Source of the DNA: Eubacteriales bacterium
GTDB taxonomy: Bacteria; Bacillota; Clostridia; Oscillospirales; CAG-272
DNA: 64,000 nucleotides
Reading direction: 5' to 3'
NCBI GenBank assembly: GCA_051867915.1
Contig: JBJDZJ010000191.1
Coordinates: forward strand, 5,487-69,486
Each line of letters begins with the position of its first letter. Position 1 is the first letter of the stretch. The notes beneath the pieces are model-generated. The model was not told the origin of the DNA. It did not search any database and was given only the letters and a program-made list of their open reading frames with translations. Below, in pieces: positions 16,059 to 26,700 of this stretch. The translations under genes were made by a program, and so were the position numbers.

Positions 16059-18587
16059 ATGAAGAAATATTTCAAATCTGCTCTTTGCCTTCTTTGCTGT
16101 GCGGCTATGGTACTGCCTGCCGCCGCTTGTAAGAAGACGCCCGATGATACCGAGAAAACGCATCTGTATGATCCCGAAGAGTACCCGATGACCTTTGCCA
16201 TCGGTTCGCTGGACGGCAACTTCAATCCCTTCTTCTACACCTCTGCCAACGACGGAAGCGTGCTTTCCATGACCCAGATTTCCATGCTGACCACCGATTC
16301 CGACGGCAATATCGTCTGCGGTGACGATTATCCTACCGTGGCACTTGCCATGAAGATCACCATGTACGATGCGGCGGGAAATGTCACGGCAAGCGGTGAT
16401 ACCGAGGGCTATACCGATTACGAATTCGTCATCAAGAACGGCATCAAGTTCAGCGACGGCGTGGATCTGACCATCAAGGATGTGCTGTTTAATCTGTATG
16501 TCTATCTGGATCCCATGTACACCGGCTCCTCCACCATCTATTCCACCGATATTCAGGGTCTGAAGGCCTATCAGGCGCAGGATCCCTCTCTGGCGGACGA
16601 TTCGGATACCGATATCAGCAGCGGCTTTTACAGCAGCGCACAGCAGAGAGTCTACAATATGATCGACTATCTGGAGGGCGATATACCGCTGACCGCTCAG
16701 ATTACCGCCGATCTGGAGACCACCAAGAAGCTGTTCATGGAAGAAATCAGCAGTGACTGGTCCAATAACTTCGGCACGCTGGAAAGCTATACCGAATATA
16801 CCTTCACCGAGGATTGGCAGAGCTACTATCTGATCGAGGGTCTGGTTACCGTTGAGAAGGAAATCAACGCCCAGGGTGCCACCGTTTCCAAAAAGGACGA
16901 GAACGGCAAGTATGTCACCAGTCTGGACGATGTCAACGATGAGCTGACTGCCGAGATGAATGCCGCCCTGTCTGCCGACAAGGTTTCGGCATACGCCTCT
17001 GCGCATAACTGCTCCGAGGCAGACGCCAGAAGCATCCTTATGAAGGAAAAGGCCATCGCCACCGTGTACGATGCCTATACCTCCTATGAACCCTCTCTGA
17101 TCAACATCCTGAGCTACTGGGCAACCGGAAGCAATGTTCTTGACGATTTTGCGGCAGAGGCTATGTCCGCATATTACGAGAGCGTCAAGGGAACCGTAAA
17201 GTCCATTTCCGGTATCACCACCTATAAGACATCCTCCTTCGACGGTCAGGATTTCGGAGAAGAGCATGATGTGCTGAAGATCCGCATCAACGGCATCGAC
17301 CCCAAGGCCATCTGGAACTTCGGGTTCATCGTTGCCCCCATGCACTACTATTCCAACGCAGAGCAGACCGCACTGTGGGACGGCGTCAGCCACTTCGGCG
17401 TGGATTTCTGTAACAAGACCTTCTTCGATGAGGTTCTGAAGGATCCTGCCAAGAACGGACTGCCCGTAGGCGCCGGCGTTTATAAGGCTACCGACCAAAG
17501 CGGCAGCGACAATGTAACCAAGGATGGCTTCTACAATAACAACTACGCCTACTACAAGAGAAACGAGTATTTCGAGACGGTCGGCGGAGAGACCATTCAC
17601 AACGCCTATATCCGCCTGTTCCGTTACAGAGTCGTCAGCTCCGACAACATCGTCAACGCCCTTATCAATGAAGAGGTTCTCTACGGCGAACCCAACGCAA
17701 AGCAGGACAACATCGCCGCAGTCGATAAGGATTACCTGGGCTACAAGACCTACCGCACCAGCGGTTACGGTTATGTGGGTCTGAACCCCAAATACATTCC
17801 CGACATCGAGGTCAGACAGGCGATCATGATGTCCATGAACACCGCTACCATCGTAAGGGATTACTATACATCCGCACTGGCAGAGGTGATCTACCGCCCG
17901 ATGTCCAGTACTTCCTGGGCATACCCCAAGGATGCAACGGCATATTACACCTGTACCAGAGATAAGAGCGTCATTCAGGATCTGGTCAAGAGCGCAGGAT
18001 GGACGCTGAACGCCGACGGCGTGTTCGAAAAGGACGGAAAGCTGTTGGAATTCACCTTCACCATCGCCGGCGAGACTGCCGATCACCCGGCATACGCCAT
18101 GTTCCAGTCTGCCGCCGAGTTCCTCAATGAATGCGGATTCATCATCCATACCACTACCGATGTCAATGCGCTGAAGAAGCTGGCAACCGGCGGTCTGGAG
18201 GTATGGGCTGCCGCATGGTCCACCGCCGCCGACCCCGACCTGTATCAGAATTACCATAAGGATTCCAACGCCAACGCCACCAAGAACTGGTACTGCCAGG
18301 GAATGCTGGACGATACCTCCGGTCAGTTCGATCAGGAGAAGGTATGGATCAACGAGCTTGCCGAGCTGATCGAGGCGGGCAGAGAGACCAACAACCGTGA
18401 CGAGCGTACGGCGATCTATGCAGATGCTATGGACATCATCATGCAGCTGTGCATCGAGCTTCCCACCTACCAGAGAAACGATCTTGCCGTATACAATACG
18501 AGAATCATTGACGCCGGCACCCTGAATCAGAATCCTTCCTATAATGAGGGCGTTGTCAGCAGAATCTGGGATGTCAACTATAACTGA
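16059..18587 (+). CDS. ABC transporter substrate-binding lipoprotein, family 5 (Opp/Dpp-type), unusually large (842 aa)
   Basis: RBS AAGGAG 7 nt upstream. Lipoprotein signal MKKYFKSALCLLCCAAMVLPAAAC. Family-5 style segments (GIKFSDGVDLTIKDVLFNLYVYLDP, GYVGLNPKY, AWSTAADPDLY). Lies 31 nt after the protease gene with no terminator. Confidence 0.85.
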   Translation: MKKYFKSALCLLCCAAMVLPAAACKKTPDDTEKTHLYDPEEYPMTFAIGSLDGNFNPFFYTSANDGSVLSMTQISMLTTDSDGNIVCGDDYPTVALAMKITMYDAAGNVTASGDTEGYTDYEFVIKNGIKFSDGVDLTIKDVLFNLYVYLDPMYTGSSTIYSTDIQGLKAYQAQDPSLADDSDTDISSGFYSSAQQRVYNMIDYLEGDIPLTAQITADLETTKKLFMEEISSDWSNNFGTLESYTEYTFTEDWQSYYLIEGLVTVEKEINAQGATVSKKDENGKYVTSLDDVNDELTAEMNAALSADKVSAYASAHNCSEADARSILMKEKAIATVYDAYTSYEPSLINILSYWATGSNVLDDFAAEAMSAYYESVKGTVKSISGITTYKTSSFDGQDFGEEHDVLKIRINGIDPKAIWNFGFIVAPMHYYSNAEQTALWDGVSHFGVDFCNKTFFDEVLKDPAKNGLPVGAGVYKATDQSGSDNVTKDGFYNNNYAYYKRNEYFETVGGETIHNAYIRLFRYRVVSSDNIVNALINEEVLYGEPNAKQDNIAAVDKDYLGYKTYRTSGYGYVGLNPKYIPDIEVRQAIMMSMNTATIVRDYYTSALAEVIYRPMSSTSWAYPKDATAYYTCTRDKSVIQDLVKSAGWTLNADGVFEKDGKLLEFTFTIAGETADHPAYAMFQSAAEFLNECGFIIHTTTDVNALKKLATGGLEVWAAAWSTAADPDLYQNYHKDSNANATKNWYCQGMLDDTSGQFDQEKVWINELAELIEAGRETNNRDERTAIYADAMDIIMQLCIELPTYQRNDLAVYNTRIIDAGTLNQNPSYNEGVVSRIWDVNYN

Positions 18588-18604
18588 TACCCAAAGTTCC
18601 TTTC

Positions 18605-18625
18605 CCGCCCCGGGGCTCGGGGCGG
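18605..18625 (+). promoter_or_regulatory. GC-rich intra-operon stem-loop between the binding-protein and permease genes
   Basis: CCGCCCCG gggct CGGGGCGG (8-bp all-G/C stem) with no T-tract. This is typical of a processing/stability element rather than a terminator. Confidence 0.5.
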
Positions 18626-18666
18626 AAGGGATCCAATATCTGAACGAATGAGGATAAAGAAGAAAA

Positions 18667-19740
18667 ATGTTTAAATATATTTTGAAACGAATTCTGTTAT
18701 CCCTTTTTATCCTGCTGGGCGTGTCGTTCATCCTGTATGTTCTGCTGAGATGTATGCCGCTTTCCTATGTGGAAACCAAGTTCTACGGGAGCAATCCCAA
18801 TGCACAGGACAACTATTCGGTCCTGCATCAGGAGCTTGCCGACTGCGAACTGGTGGAATCGGATGAAAACGGCCTGCCCATTTACGAAACGGATGAAAAC
18901 GGAGAGGTCCTTCTTGACGAGAACGGAATCCCCGTTCCCAAGAGCATGCCCATTCTCAAGGGCTATCTCTCCTGGCTGGTTTCCTGTTTCAAGGGCGATC
19001 TGGGAAATTCCTGGAAGTACGGCAGACCGGTAGGCGATGTGATCTTCGAAAATATGGGCGTATCCTTCATGATCGCCTTCATTTCGCTGATTCTTGAGCT
19101 GATTATCGCCATTCCGCTGGGTATCAAGAGCGCCTGCAATCAGTACGGCAAGCTGGATTACACGGTCACCGTTCTGACCATGATCGGAATTTCCTTCCCC
19201 AGCTTCTTCTTCGGAAGCCTGATGATTAAATTCTTCTCGGTGGAACTGGGATGGTTCCCCAGCACCGGCATTTCGTCCTCCTGGATTACCGAGAACACCT
19301 CCACCTTTACCATCATTACCGATATGGCGTGGCATCTGGTTCTGCCTATCTTCGTCATGGTGGTGCTGTCCATCGGATCGGTCATGCGGTATACCCGTAC
19401 CAATACGCTGGAGGTGCTGAACGCCGATTACATCCGCACGGCAAGAGCCAAGGGTCTTTCCGAAAAGAAGGTTATCTATAAGCATGTTTTCCGTAACACC
19501 ATGATTCCTCTGGTCACCATGCTCGCCGGAACCCTTCCGGGTCTGTTCGGCGGTGCCATGATTACCGAGACCATTTTCAGTATTCCGGGTATCGGAAAGG
19601 CGGCTTACGACGCCCTGTCCGCAGGTGACATTCCCTTCGTCATGGGCTACAATATGTTTATTGCCGTCCTGACCGTTGCCGGAATCCTGCTGACCGATAT
19701 TATGTACGCCGTCGTTGACCCCCGTGTCAAGCTGTCCTGA
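18667..19740 (+). CDS. ABC transporter permease (OppB/DppB-type) with enlarged first external loop
   Basis: N-terminus MFKYILKRILLSLFILLGVSFILYVLL, an EAA-like region RTARAKGLSEKKVIYKHVFRN and 6 TM segments. The extra loop contains three DENG motifs. Confidence 0.85.
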   Translation: MFKYILKRILLSLFILLGVSFILYVLLRCMPLSYVETKFYGSNPNAQDNYSVLHQELADCELVESDENGLPIYETDENGEVLLDENGIPVPKSMPILKGYLSWLVSCFKGDLGNSWKYGRPVGDVIFENMGVSFMIAFISLILELIIAIPLGIKSACNQYGKLDYTVTVLTMIGISFPSFFFGSLMIKFFSVELGWFPSTGISSSWITENTSTFTIITDMAWHLVLPIFVMVVLSIGSVMRYTRTNTLEVLNADYIRTARAKGLSEKKVIYKHVFRNTMIPLVTMLAGTLPGLFGGAMITETIFSIPGIGKAAYDALSAGDIPFVMGYNMFIAVLTVAGILLTDIMYAVVDPRVKLS

Positions 19741-19758
19741 CGGGAGGAGGTATTCTGT

Positions 19759-20877
19759 ATGGATGAACAAAACAACAACCTTCCGACCGAGGATGGGGTT
19801 CAGATCAACAGCGACGCCGCCTGCGCAGGCGAAACCGAGGAGGAGACCTTCGTCACTGTTGAGGATGAGCTTCACGGCGAAAATCTCAACGACCGTGTGA
19901 AGGTTCTTTCACCCGGAATGACCATTGCCAAACGGTTTTTCCGCTCCCGTCTGTCGGTGGTGGGACTGGTGATTCTGGTTCTGCTGTTCCTGTTTTCCTT
20001 CGTGGGACCCCTTCTTTCCCCATGGGGCGAGATGGAGGTGGATGAAACCCCCACAGAGGTTATCAGCACCCTGCCCATCGAATATACGGTGGTCGTAAAC
20101 GGCGAAGAGGTCGTTCAGACTGCCTATGATGTGAACATCAGCATGACCGAGAACAATGTCAAGGGCAAGATCAGCGCAAAGCATTGGCTGGGAACCGATG
20201 AAACCGGCAAGGATCTGCTGACCAGACTGATGTACGGCGGCAGAATTTCGCTGACGCTGGGTCTGATCGTCGTGATTCTGGAGACCATTCTGGGCGTGAT
20301 TCTGGGCGGTATCGCCGGATATTTCGGCGGTTGGGTCGATCAGCTGATTATGAGAGTGGTGGATATCCTCTACTGTATCCCTCAGCTGCCCATTATGCTG
20401 ATTCTGTCGGCGACCTTTACCTCGCTGGGCATCGTGACCATCACCCGTCTGTATCTGATGATGGGCATTCTGACGCTGATCAGCTGGACGGGAATCGCCA
20501 GACTGGTCAGAGGCCAGATCCTGTCCCTGCGGGAGCAGGAATTCATGCTGGCGGCAAAATGCAGCGGACTTTCGGTTCGCAGAAAGATTTTCAAGCACCT
20601 GATCCCCAATGTCCTGCCTCAGCTGATCGTATCCATGACGCTGGGACTGGGCTCCATTATCCTGACCGAGGCAACGCTGGGATTCCTGGGACTGGGCGCA
20701 CCTTTGGGTACGGCAACCTGGGGATCGCTGATCAACTACGCAACCAAGACCGAATACCTGACCAACTATTTCAATTTCTGGGTTCCGCCCGGAATCTGCA
20801 TCACCCTTGCCATCCTCGCCTTCAACTTCGTGGGCGACGGACTGCGGGACGCATTTGATCCGAAGGCGAAGAGATGA
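19759..20877 (+). CDS. ABC transporter permease (OppC/DppC-type) with an acidic ~50-aa N-terminal extension
   Basis: RBS GGGAGGAGG. Motifs HWLGTDETGKDLLTRLMYGGRISL and AAKCSGLSVRRKIFKHLIPN are typical of the OppC class. Confidence 0.85.
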   Translation: MDEQNNNLPTEDGVQINSDAACAGETEEETFVTVEDELHGENLNDRVKVLSPGMTIAKRFFRSRLSVVGLVILVLLFLFSFVGPLLSPWGEMEVDETPTEVISTLPIEYTVVVNGEEVVQTAYDVNISMTENNVKGKISAKHWLGTDETGKDLLTRLMYGGRISLTLGLIVVILETILGVILGGIAGYFGGWVDQLIMRVVDILYCIPQLPIMLILSATFTSLGIVTITRLYLMMGILTLISWTGIARLVRGQILSLREQEFMLAAKCSGLSVRRKIFKHLIPNVLPQLIVSMTLGLGSIILTEATLGFLGLGAPLGTATWGSLINYATKTEYLTNYFNFWVPPGICITLAILAFNFVGDGLRDAFDPKAKR

Positions 20878-20887
20878 GATTCTTCCG

Positions 20888-20915
20888 GGATAACCGCATA
20901 GGAATGCGGTTATCC
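20888..20915 (+). promoter_or_regulatory. Intra-operon stem-loop between the permease and ATPase genes
   Basis: Perfect 11-bp stem GGATAACCGCA / TGCGGTTATCC with a 6-nt loop and no T-tract. Confidence 0.5.
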
Positions 20916-20932
20916 GCCAAAATCGGAGACTT

Positions 20933-22231
20933 TTGAAGAAAGGTATGTTCAATCGTATGGCAAAACAGAAATCAAGTCAATCTCATTATATCTCTCACTC
21001 GGAGTCCAAGCGGATTGCTGCCGAGAACCGTGCCGCCTACCGTCGGTATCAGGCAAGGAAAAAGCTGAAAATCGCCGAAAAGGACTATCTGACAAAGATG
21101 AAGGATCCGGCAAACCTTGTGGAATTCGAGGATCTGCATACCTATTTCTATACCGATGCCGGAACGGTCCGTGCCGTCAACGGCGTGACCTTTTCGGTAC
21201 CTGAAGGGGCTACCGTGGGAATCGTGGGCGAGTCGGGATGCGGAAAGAGCGTCACCTCGCTCTCCCTGATGCAGCTGGTCATGGGACCCTCGGGGCAGAT
21301 CGTGTCCGGTTCCATCCGCTTCCGCACCAATGCCTTCAAACGGGATGCCAAAGGGCGGAAGATCCCCGTATACAGTGGGGACGGTTCCAAAAAGCCGCTG
21401 AAAAATGAGTTCGGAGGCACCCTCTACGAGATGGAGGAGAAGGTCTACGACATAGCAAAGATGCCCCTGTCCGCTATGCAGAGCATTCGGGGACGGGAGA
21501 TCGCCATGATCTTCCAGGAGCCGATGACCTCCCTGAACCCCGTGTTCACCGTGGGAAATCAGCTGGATGAAGTGGCACTGCTCCACATTGAGGGCATTTC
21601 CAAGCAGGCGGCAAAGGAAAGAAGCATCGCCATGCTGGAGAGAGTCGGAATTGCCGATCCGGCGGGCGTATACGAAAAGTACCCTCACGAGCTGTCGGGC
21701 GGTATGCGTCAGAGAGTCATGATCGCCATGGCGCTGATCTGCTCCCCCAAGCTGATCGTGGCGGACGAACCCACCACAGCGCTGGATGTGACCATTCAGG
21801 CGCAGATTCTCGATCTGCTGCGGGAGATCAAGGAAAAGCAGAAGAGCTCCATTATGCTCATCACCCACGATCTGGGCGTCGTTGCCGAAATGGCAGACTA
21901 TGTGGTGGTCATGTATGCGGGCAAGATCATCGAAATGGGCACCACCGAGGATATTTTCGACCATCCCATGCATCCTTATACCATCGGTCTGCAAAAGAGC
22001 AAGCCGTCGGTCAGCTCGGATGTGGAATCGCTGTACTGTATTCCCGGATTCGTTCCCAATCCCATCAATATGCCCAATTACTGCTACTTCCGGGATCGCT
22101 GTGACAAATGCAAAAAGGAATGCGCCGGGAAATATCCCGATCTGATCGAAATTACAAAGACCCATAAGGTGTCCTGCTATCTGTATGCAGACGGGCAGAA
22201 CCGGGAGAAGGGGGAGTCCGGCAATGGATGA
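20933..22231 (+). CDS. ABC transporter ATP-binding protein (OppD-type) with N-terminal extension and internal insert
   Basis: Walker A GESGCGKS, signature LSGGMRQR, Walker B LIVADEPTTALD and the oligopeptide C-terminal motif HPMHPYTIGL. The start is uncertain: TTG at 20933, ATG at 20945 or ATG at 20957. Confidence 0.85.
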   Translation: MKKGMFNRMAKQKSSQSHYISHSESKRIAAENRAAYRRYQARKKLKIAEKDYLTKMKDPANLVEFEDLHTYFYTDAGTVRAVNGVTFSVPEGATVGIVGESGCGKSVTSLSLMQLVMGPSGQIVSGSIRFRTNAFKRDAKGRKIPVYSGDGSKKPLKNEFGGTLYEMEEKVYDIAKMPLSAMQSIRGREIAMIFQEPMTSLNPVFTVGNQLDEVALLHIEGISKQAAKERSIAMLERVGIADPAGVYEKYPHELSGGMRQRVMIAMALICSPKLIVADEPTTALDVTIQAQILDLLREIKEKQKSSIMLITHDLGVVAEMADYVVVMYAGKIIEMGTTEDIFDHPMHPYTIGLQKSKPSVSSDVESLYCIPGFVPNPINMPNYCYFRDRCDKCKKECAGKYPDLIEITKTHKVSCYLYADGQNREKGESGNG

Positions 22232-23303
22232 AAATCAGATTCAAACGGTCAGAACCGAAAAGGAAGCCCCTCTTCTGGAGGTTCGACACCTGAAAAAATA
22301 TTTTCCCGTCAAGACCAGCCTGACCGGGAAGCCGCTGTCCCTTCTGAAAGCGGTGGACGATGTCTCCTTTACGCTGGAAAAGGGCAAAACCCTCGGTATT
22401 GTGGGAGAGTCGGGATGCGGAAAGACCACCATGGGTCGGACGCTCTTAAGGCTTTATCCCATTACCGACGGTCAGATCTTTTTCAAGGGACAGGAGGTCT
22501 CCAAGATCTCCAACCGGGAGTTCAACAAGCTCCGTCCCCATATGCAGATGATCTTCCAGGATCCCTATGCCAGCCTGTCCCCCCGTCTGACGGTGGGCGA
22601 GATCATCGGCGAGGCGGCACTGGAGCACGGACTGGTGGATAAGGCGCACTATCGGGAGTATGTGCTGGAGATCATGAGAATGTGCGGCCTTCAGCCCCAT
22701 TACTACGAACGATATCCCCATGAGTTCTCGGGCGGTCAGCGTCAGAGAATCTGCATTGCCCGTGCGCTGGCGCTGAAGCCCGATCTGGTGATCTGCGACG
22801 AGCCGGTGTCGGCTTTGGATGTGTCCATTCAGGCGCAGGTTATCAACATGCTGAAGGATCTGCAAAAAAAGCTGGGTCTTGCCTATGTTTTCATTTCCCA
22901 CGATCTGTCGGTGGTCAAACACATTTCGGACGATGTGGGAGTCATGTATCTGGGGTCGCTGGTGGAGTACGGCAGTAAGGCGCGGATTTTTGAAAATGCC
23001 CTGCACCCCTACACCAAGGCGCTCTTTTCGGCAGTGCCTGTCCCCGATCTCCATGTGAAGAAGGAGCGGATTGTGCTGAAGGGCAGTATTCCGTCTCCGG
23101 TCAATCCCCCTGCGGGATGCAAATTCCATACCAGATGCGATCACTGTATGGAAATCTGCAAGAGCGTTCCCCCTGTCTACCGGGAGGTGGAGGAGGGTCA
23201 CTATTGCGCCTGCCATCTCTATGATGAGATGCCTGCCAAAACGGCAGAAACGGTTGAAAATGCAGAAACAACGGCTGAAAAGCCCACCCATACCGAAGAA
23301 TAA
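22224..23303 (+). CDS. ABC transporter ATP-binding protein (OppF-type)
   Basis: Walker A GESGCGKT, signature FSGGQRQR, Walker B LVICDEPVSALD and HPYTKALFSAVP. The ATG at 22224 (MDENQ) overlaps the upstream stop (ATGGATGA) and follows GGGGGAG. The track start at 22185 is rejected. Confidence 0.85.
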   Translation: MDENQIQTVRTEKEAPLLEVRHLKKYFPVKTSLTGKPLSLLKAVDDVSFTLEKGKTLGIVGESGCGKTTMGRTLLRLYPITDGQIFFKGQEVSKISNREFNKLRPHMQMIFQDPYASLSPRLTVGEIIGEAALEHGLVDKAHYREYVLEIMRMCGLQPHYYERYPHEFSGGQRQRICIARALALKPDLVICDEPVSALDVSIQAQVINMLKDLQKKLGLAYVFISHDLSVVKHISDDVGVMYLGSLVEYGSKARIFENALHPYTKALFSAVPVPDLHVKKERIVLKGSIPSPVNPPAGCKFHTRCDHCMEICKSVPPVYREVEEGHYCACHLYDEMPAKTAETVENAETTAEKPTHTEE

Positions 23304-23314
23304 GTTCGGGTTTT

Positions 23315-23348
23315 CCGCAGATTCGGCCCTTATTGGCTGAATCTGCGG
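23315..23348 (+). promoter_or_regulatory. Stem-loop after the second ATPase gene
   Basis: CCGCAGATTC ...14 nt... GAATCTGCGG, followed by AGAGAAAAAG (no T-tract). Confidence 0.45.
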
Positions 23349-23367
23349 AGAGAAAAAGAGTGAGTCC

Positions 23368-23613
23368 ATGGCAGATAAGAAAAAGAAGAAAAAGGATGAT
23401 CTGGACACAGAAACCACCTTTGCCGACATGAATGTGGAGGGGTTTCGGTGGTATCATCCGAAGAAAAAGGAGGGCGAGGAGCTGCCTCCTTTGACAAAGG
23501 AAGAGTCCCGTGCCATGATGCGGGGAGCGATCAGCGCACTGCTGCCGCTGATTGCGGGGATTCTCGTTGTGATGCTCCTGCTGGTGGGCATTGCCTATCT
23601 CTGGCTTGCCTGA
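23368..23613 (+). CDS. Small (81 aa) single-pass membrane protein with poly-Lys N-terminus
   Basis: MADKKKKKKDDLD..., then one hydrophobic helix ISALLPLIAGILVVMLLLVGIAYLWLA. Same strand, at the end of the opp gene set. No recognisable family. Confidence 0.5.
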   Translation: MADKKKKKKDDLDTETTFADMNVEGFRWYHPKKKEGEELPPLTKEESRAMMRGAISALLPLIAGILVVMLLLVGIAYLWLA

Positions 23614-23623
23614 CGGCTGAATT

Positions 23624-23651
23624 TTGAAAATGATCCGTTAAAGGGTATTAT
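23624..23651 (+). promoter_or_regulatory. Candidate internal promoter ahead of the GLUG lipoprotein gene
   Basis: TTGAAA (23624-23629), 16 nt, TATTAT (23646-23651). It is followed by a ~100-nt leader with nested hairpins. Confidence 0.45.
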
Positions 23652-23759
23652 ATAGATCTACCCCTCAATGGGAGGGGACCGGATTGCGAAAGCAATTGAT
23701 TTCGGATAGAGAAACGGGTTGTTCCATCCGGTGACTGAAGAAAGGTGTGGACAATACAC

Positions 23760-26700
23760 ATGAAAAGCAGAAGAATGACGGCTTGCGTCCTTGTTTTCCT
23801 TCTGGCGGGACTGACTGCCTGTACGGGGAACGGGTCGACAACAACCACGACGGCGGACACCTCCGATGTTTCTGCCACTACGCAGACAGGGCTTCCGCCC
23901 GTGACCTCTCCCGTCACGGCTCCTGTGACCGATACAAAGGAAGAGGGAAAGGTTACGCTGACCTTCGTGGATCAGGCGGGAATCACCTTTGTCTGTGACA
24001 AACGCTCGGGCGCGTCGGTAGAAGAGGGAAGTACGGTATCCTTCAGCCTGCAAAAATCGGTTTTTTATGAAGGAACGCCTGTTGTCACTGCCAACGGGGA
24101 AGTTCTGACCCCGTCGGACAACAGCTACTCGGTGACTCTGGAAGAGGATACCCGCATTGAGGTAACCGGCATCACGCTGATGGAATCGACCATGGAGGGC
24201 GGCGGAACCGACACCACCGATCCCTTTATCATTACCTCTCCGGTGGATCTGCTCTTCATTGCAGAGCAGGTCAATGCGGGCAATACCGTTTATTCGGAGG
24301 GCTATTACACCCTTGACGCCGATCTGGATTTTCTGGGCGAGGAGCTTGAAGTCATCGGCGACGGTCGGAATGAGTACGCCTACTTCTCGGGCTACTTCGA
24401 CGGAGCGGGTCATACGATCTCCAACTTCCGTCTGACCACCACCAATACCCAGTATGTGGGACTTTTCGGCATTCTTCAGGCCAATGTTTCCAATTCGGTG
24501 GGCGGTACGGTTTATATGCTGAACCTTAAGGATTATACCGTTTCGGCAGAGATCAAGGACGCCTCCATGTTCTGCGGTTCCTTTGTGGGCTACGGTATCG
24601 GCGGAAACCTTCTGCTGTGCAATGCGGAAAACGGTAAAATGGAAATCTACGCCGATTCCAACAATTTCTCTTATGTCGGCGGTCTTATGGGTCTTCAGCA
24701 GGCTCTGGATTACAACAATATGAGTTATCTGTCCTCTGTGACCTATTGCGCCTCCGATGTGGATATCAGCTGTCGGGATGGAATGACCTTCAGCGCCGGC
24801 GGAATTTCCGGCTATCTTGCCTGCTCCACCAATCTTGTCGTTGCCTCCATCAATAATTGCTACTTCACCGGTGATGTTCGGGGCGCTATGCGGACGGGCG
24901 GCATTACAGGCTATATGTCTTCCAATACCGGAATCGTCAATTGCTATTCTACCGGAATTGTCGGTGCGCAAAGCTCGGTTTCCGATCATGAGAATTCCGA
25001 ATATTATTGCTATGCCTACGCCGGAGGCGTTGTCGGTTGCGCATCGGAAAACAGTGTGGTTTCCGAGTGCTTTGCCACAGGCACGCTCTATTGCAAGGCG
25101 GAACTGGGATCTGCTTATGAAAAGATCGGCGGGGTTCTCGGCGGTGCGGAACCGGTAACCGAGGGCGCATATACTTCCTATGAGGCAACGGTGTACAACT
25201 GCATTTATGCCGAGGGCGGCACCGACGGGGACCTGAATCTGACCGACGGTGCGACCCTGCGGGAAAAGCTCCACTGGAACGACTGCGACTGGGTCTTCAA
25301 GGAAGGCTCCTATCCTACCGTCAATCTGACGGAGGACAATGAATACAGTTTTGATATCACCTTCAATTTCGATGGGACGGATAATCTGTCGGTTACCGAA
25401 TTCGATGCCTATATGCCTATGTATTTCTGGTACCTTGACGGCAGTCTTCCCACCGGTCTGGTAGGCGACGAAGGAGATACCCGGACATCCTACGGCTATT
25501 TCTTCGATCCCGAGCTGACGATGCCCCTTCCCGACGGATATGTCCCCACCCATACCATGACCATCTATGCCGCAACTTCCGACTACGCAGAGGTTGCCGG
25601 CGAATATGTGATTGTGACCTCCAATAAGGATCAGACCGTCCGTCTGACCCTGAATACCGACGGCAGCTTTACCTATACCGACGGAGCGACCCTTCTGACC
25701 TCCTACTTCCGCTACGACGGGCAGACGCTGGTCTTCGCAGACGCCCGCTTCGGACGATATGCCGAGAATACCCTCTCGATGGAAAAATATCAGTTTGTCG
25801 ACTTCATGGGCAGAGTCAAGGACGGAAAACTGACGATTTTCGGCGGAGTTGTCAACGATGATACCGAGTCGGTCACCCTGTTTACCGAGAAGAATCCCCT
25901 GATTGCGCTGTCCGTTGAGAAGATCCTGACCGGCGCCTATCGGTCAGGGAACATCCTGTACACCTTTGCTCCCGACGGAACGGGAACACGGACGGTCGAC
26001 GGCATGGTCAGCGACTTTACCTACACCCGGGATCAGAATGCCTTTGTTGTGACCCTCGGAGACAAGACGCTGTCCGGCAGTATTTCGGGTGATAAGCTGA
26101 CACTGGACGGAGGGGCGCTTACACCGAGCGACGCTTATATGGGCAGCTGGACCGTAAACTCCAAGGCGAACAAGGTCTTCACCTTTGACGGAGCGGGCGG
26201 CTGGAGCTATGAATACTACGGCTATCTGACTTCCGCCGGCAAGACGGTTCTGGAACGGAAATCGGGCAGTTATACCGTCAATTATGACGGAAGCCTTACC
26301 CTTTCGGGAGATTTCGGCGGAAATGCGAAATTTACCGACGGTACGCTCTCTGTCACGACCACAGAGGGCAGTTATACCTGCTACCGTCAGGGAAGCTACT
26401 ACGGAACATGGGTATATCCCGATTACGGCATGACCCTTTACCTGTACGGAATCGGGGAAAGCGGAGAAGGAATCGCCCGTGTGGAATATCTCTATGACAA
26501 CGGAACGGTGGAATTCTACGATCTGACCTATTCGATGGATAATCTGATCCCCGGTGTGATCTGCATCTATTACGACATGGATGTCTTCGGTTATCTTTCC
26601 TATGTCCCGGGTTCCGATACTTTGAACGCCACCGTTTATGTGGGACCGCTTGCCGTCTTCATGCAGAATGTCAGCCTCTGTCGGGAGGATGAATTCAAGG

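Noticed and set aside
15954-18731. 925-aa minus-strand ORF opposite the Opp binding-protein gene. Similar antisense ORFs: 18697..19875, 19909..20952 and 20972..22165.
   Set aside because: Same reasoning as above. The sense frames show lipobox, permease and Walker A/B/signature motifs. The antisense products are featureless and would overlap several real genes.
23658-25553. Long minus-strand ORFs opposite the GLUG and thioredoxin lipoprotein genes: 23658..25553, 25944..26813, 28179..29201, 29202..30851 and 31450..34263.
   Set aside because: They are antisense shadows of genes with clear lipoboxes, WCGPC sites and repeat architecture. They have no independent start signals, and 31450..34263 would run through two intergenic regions and a terminator.
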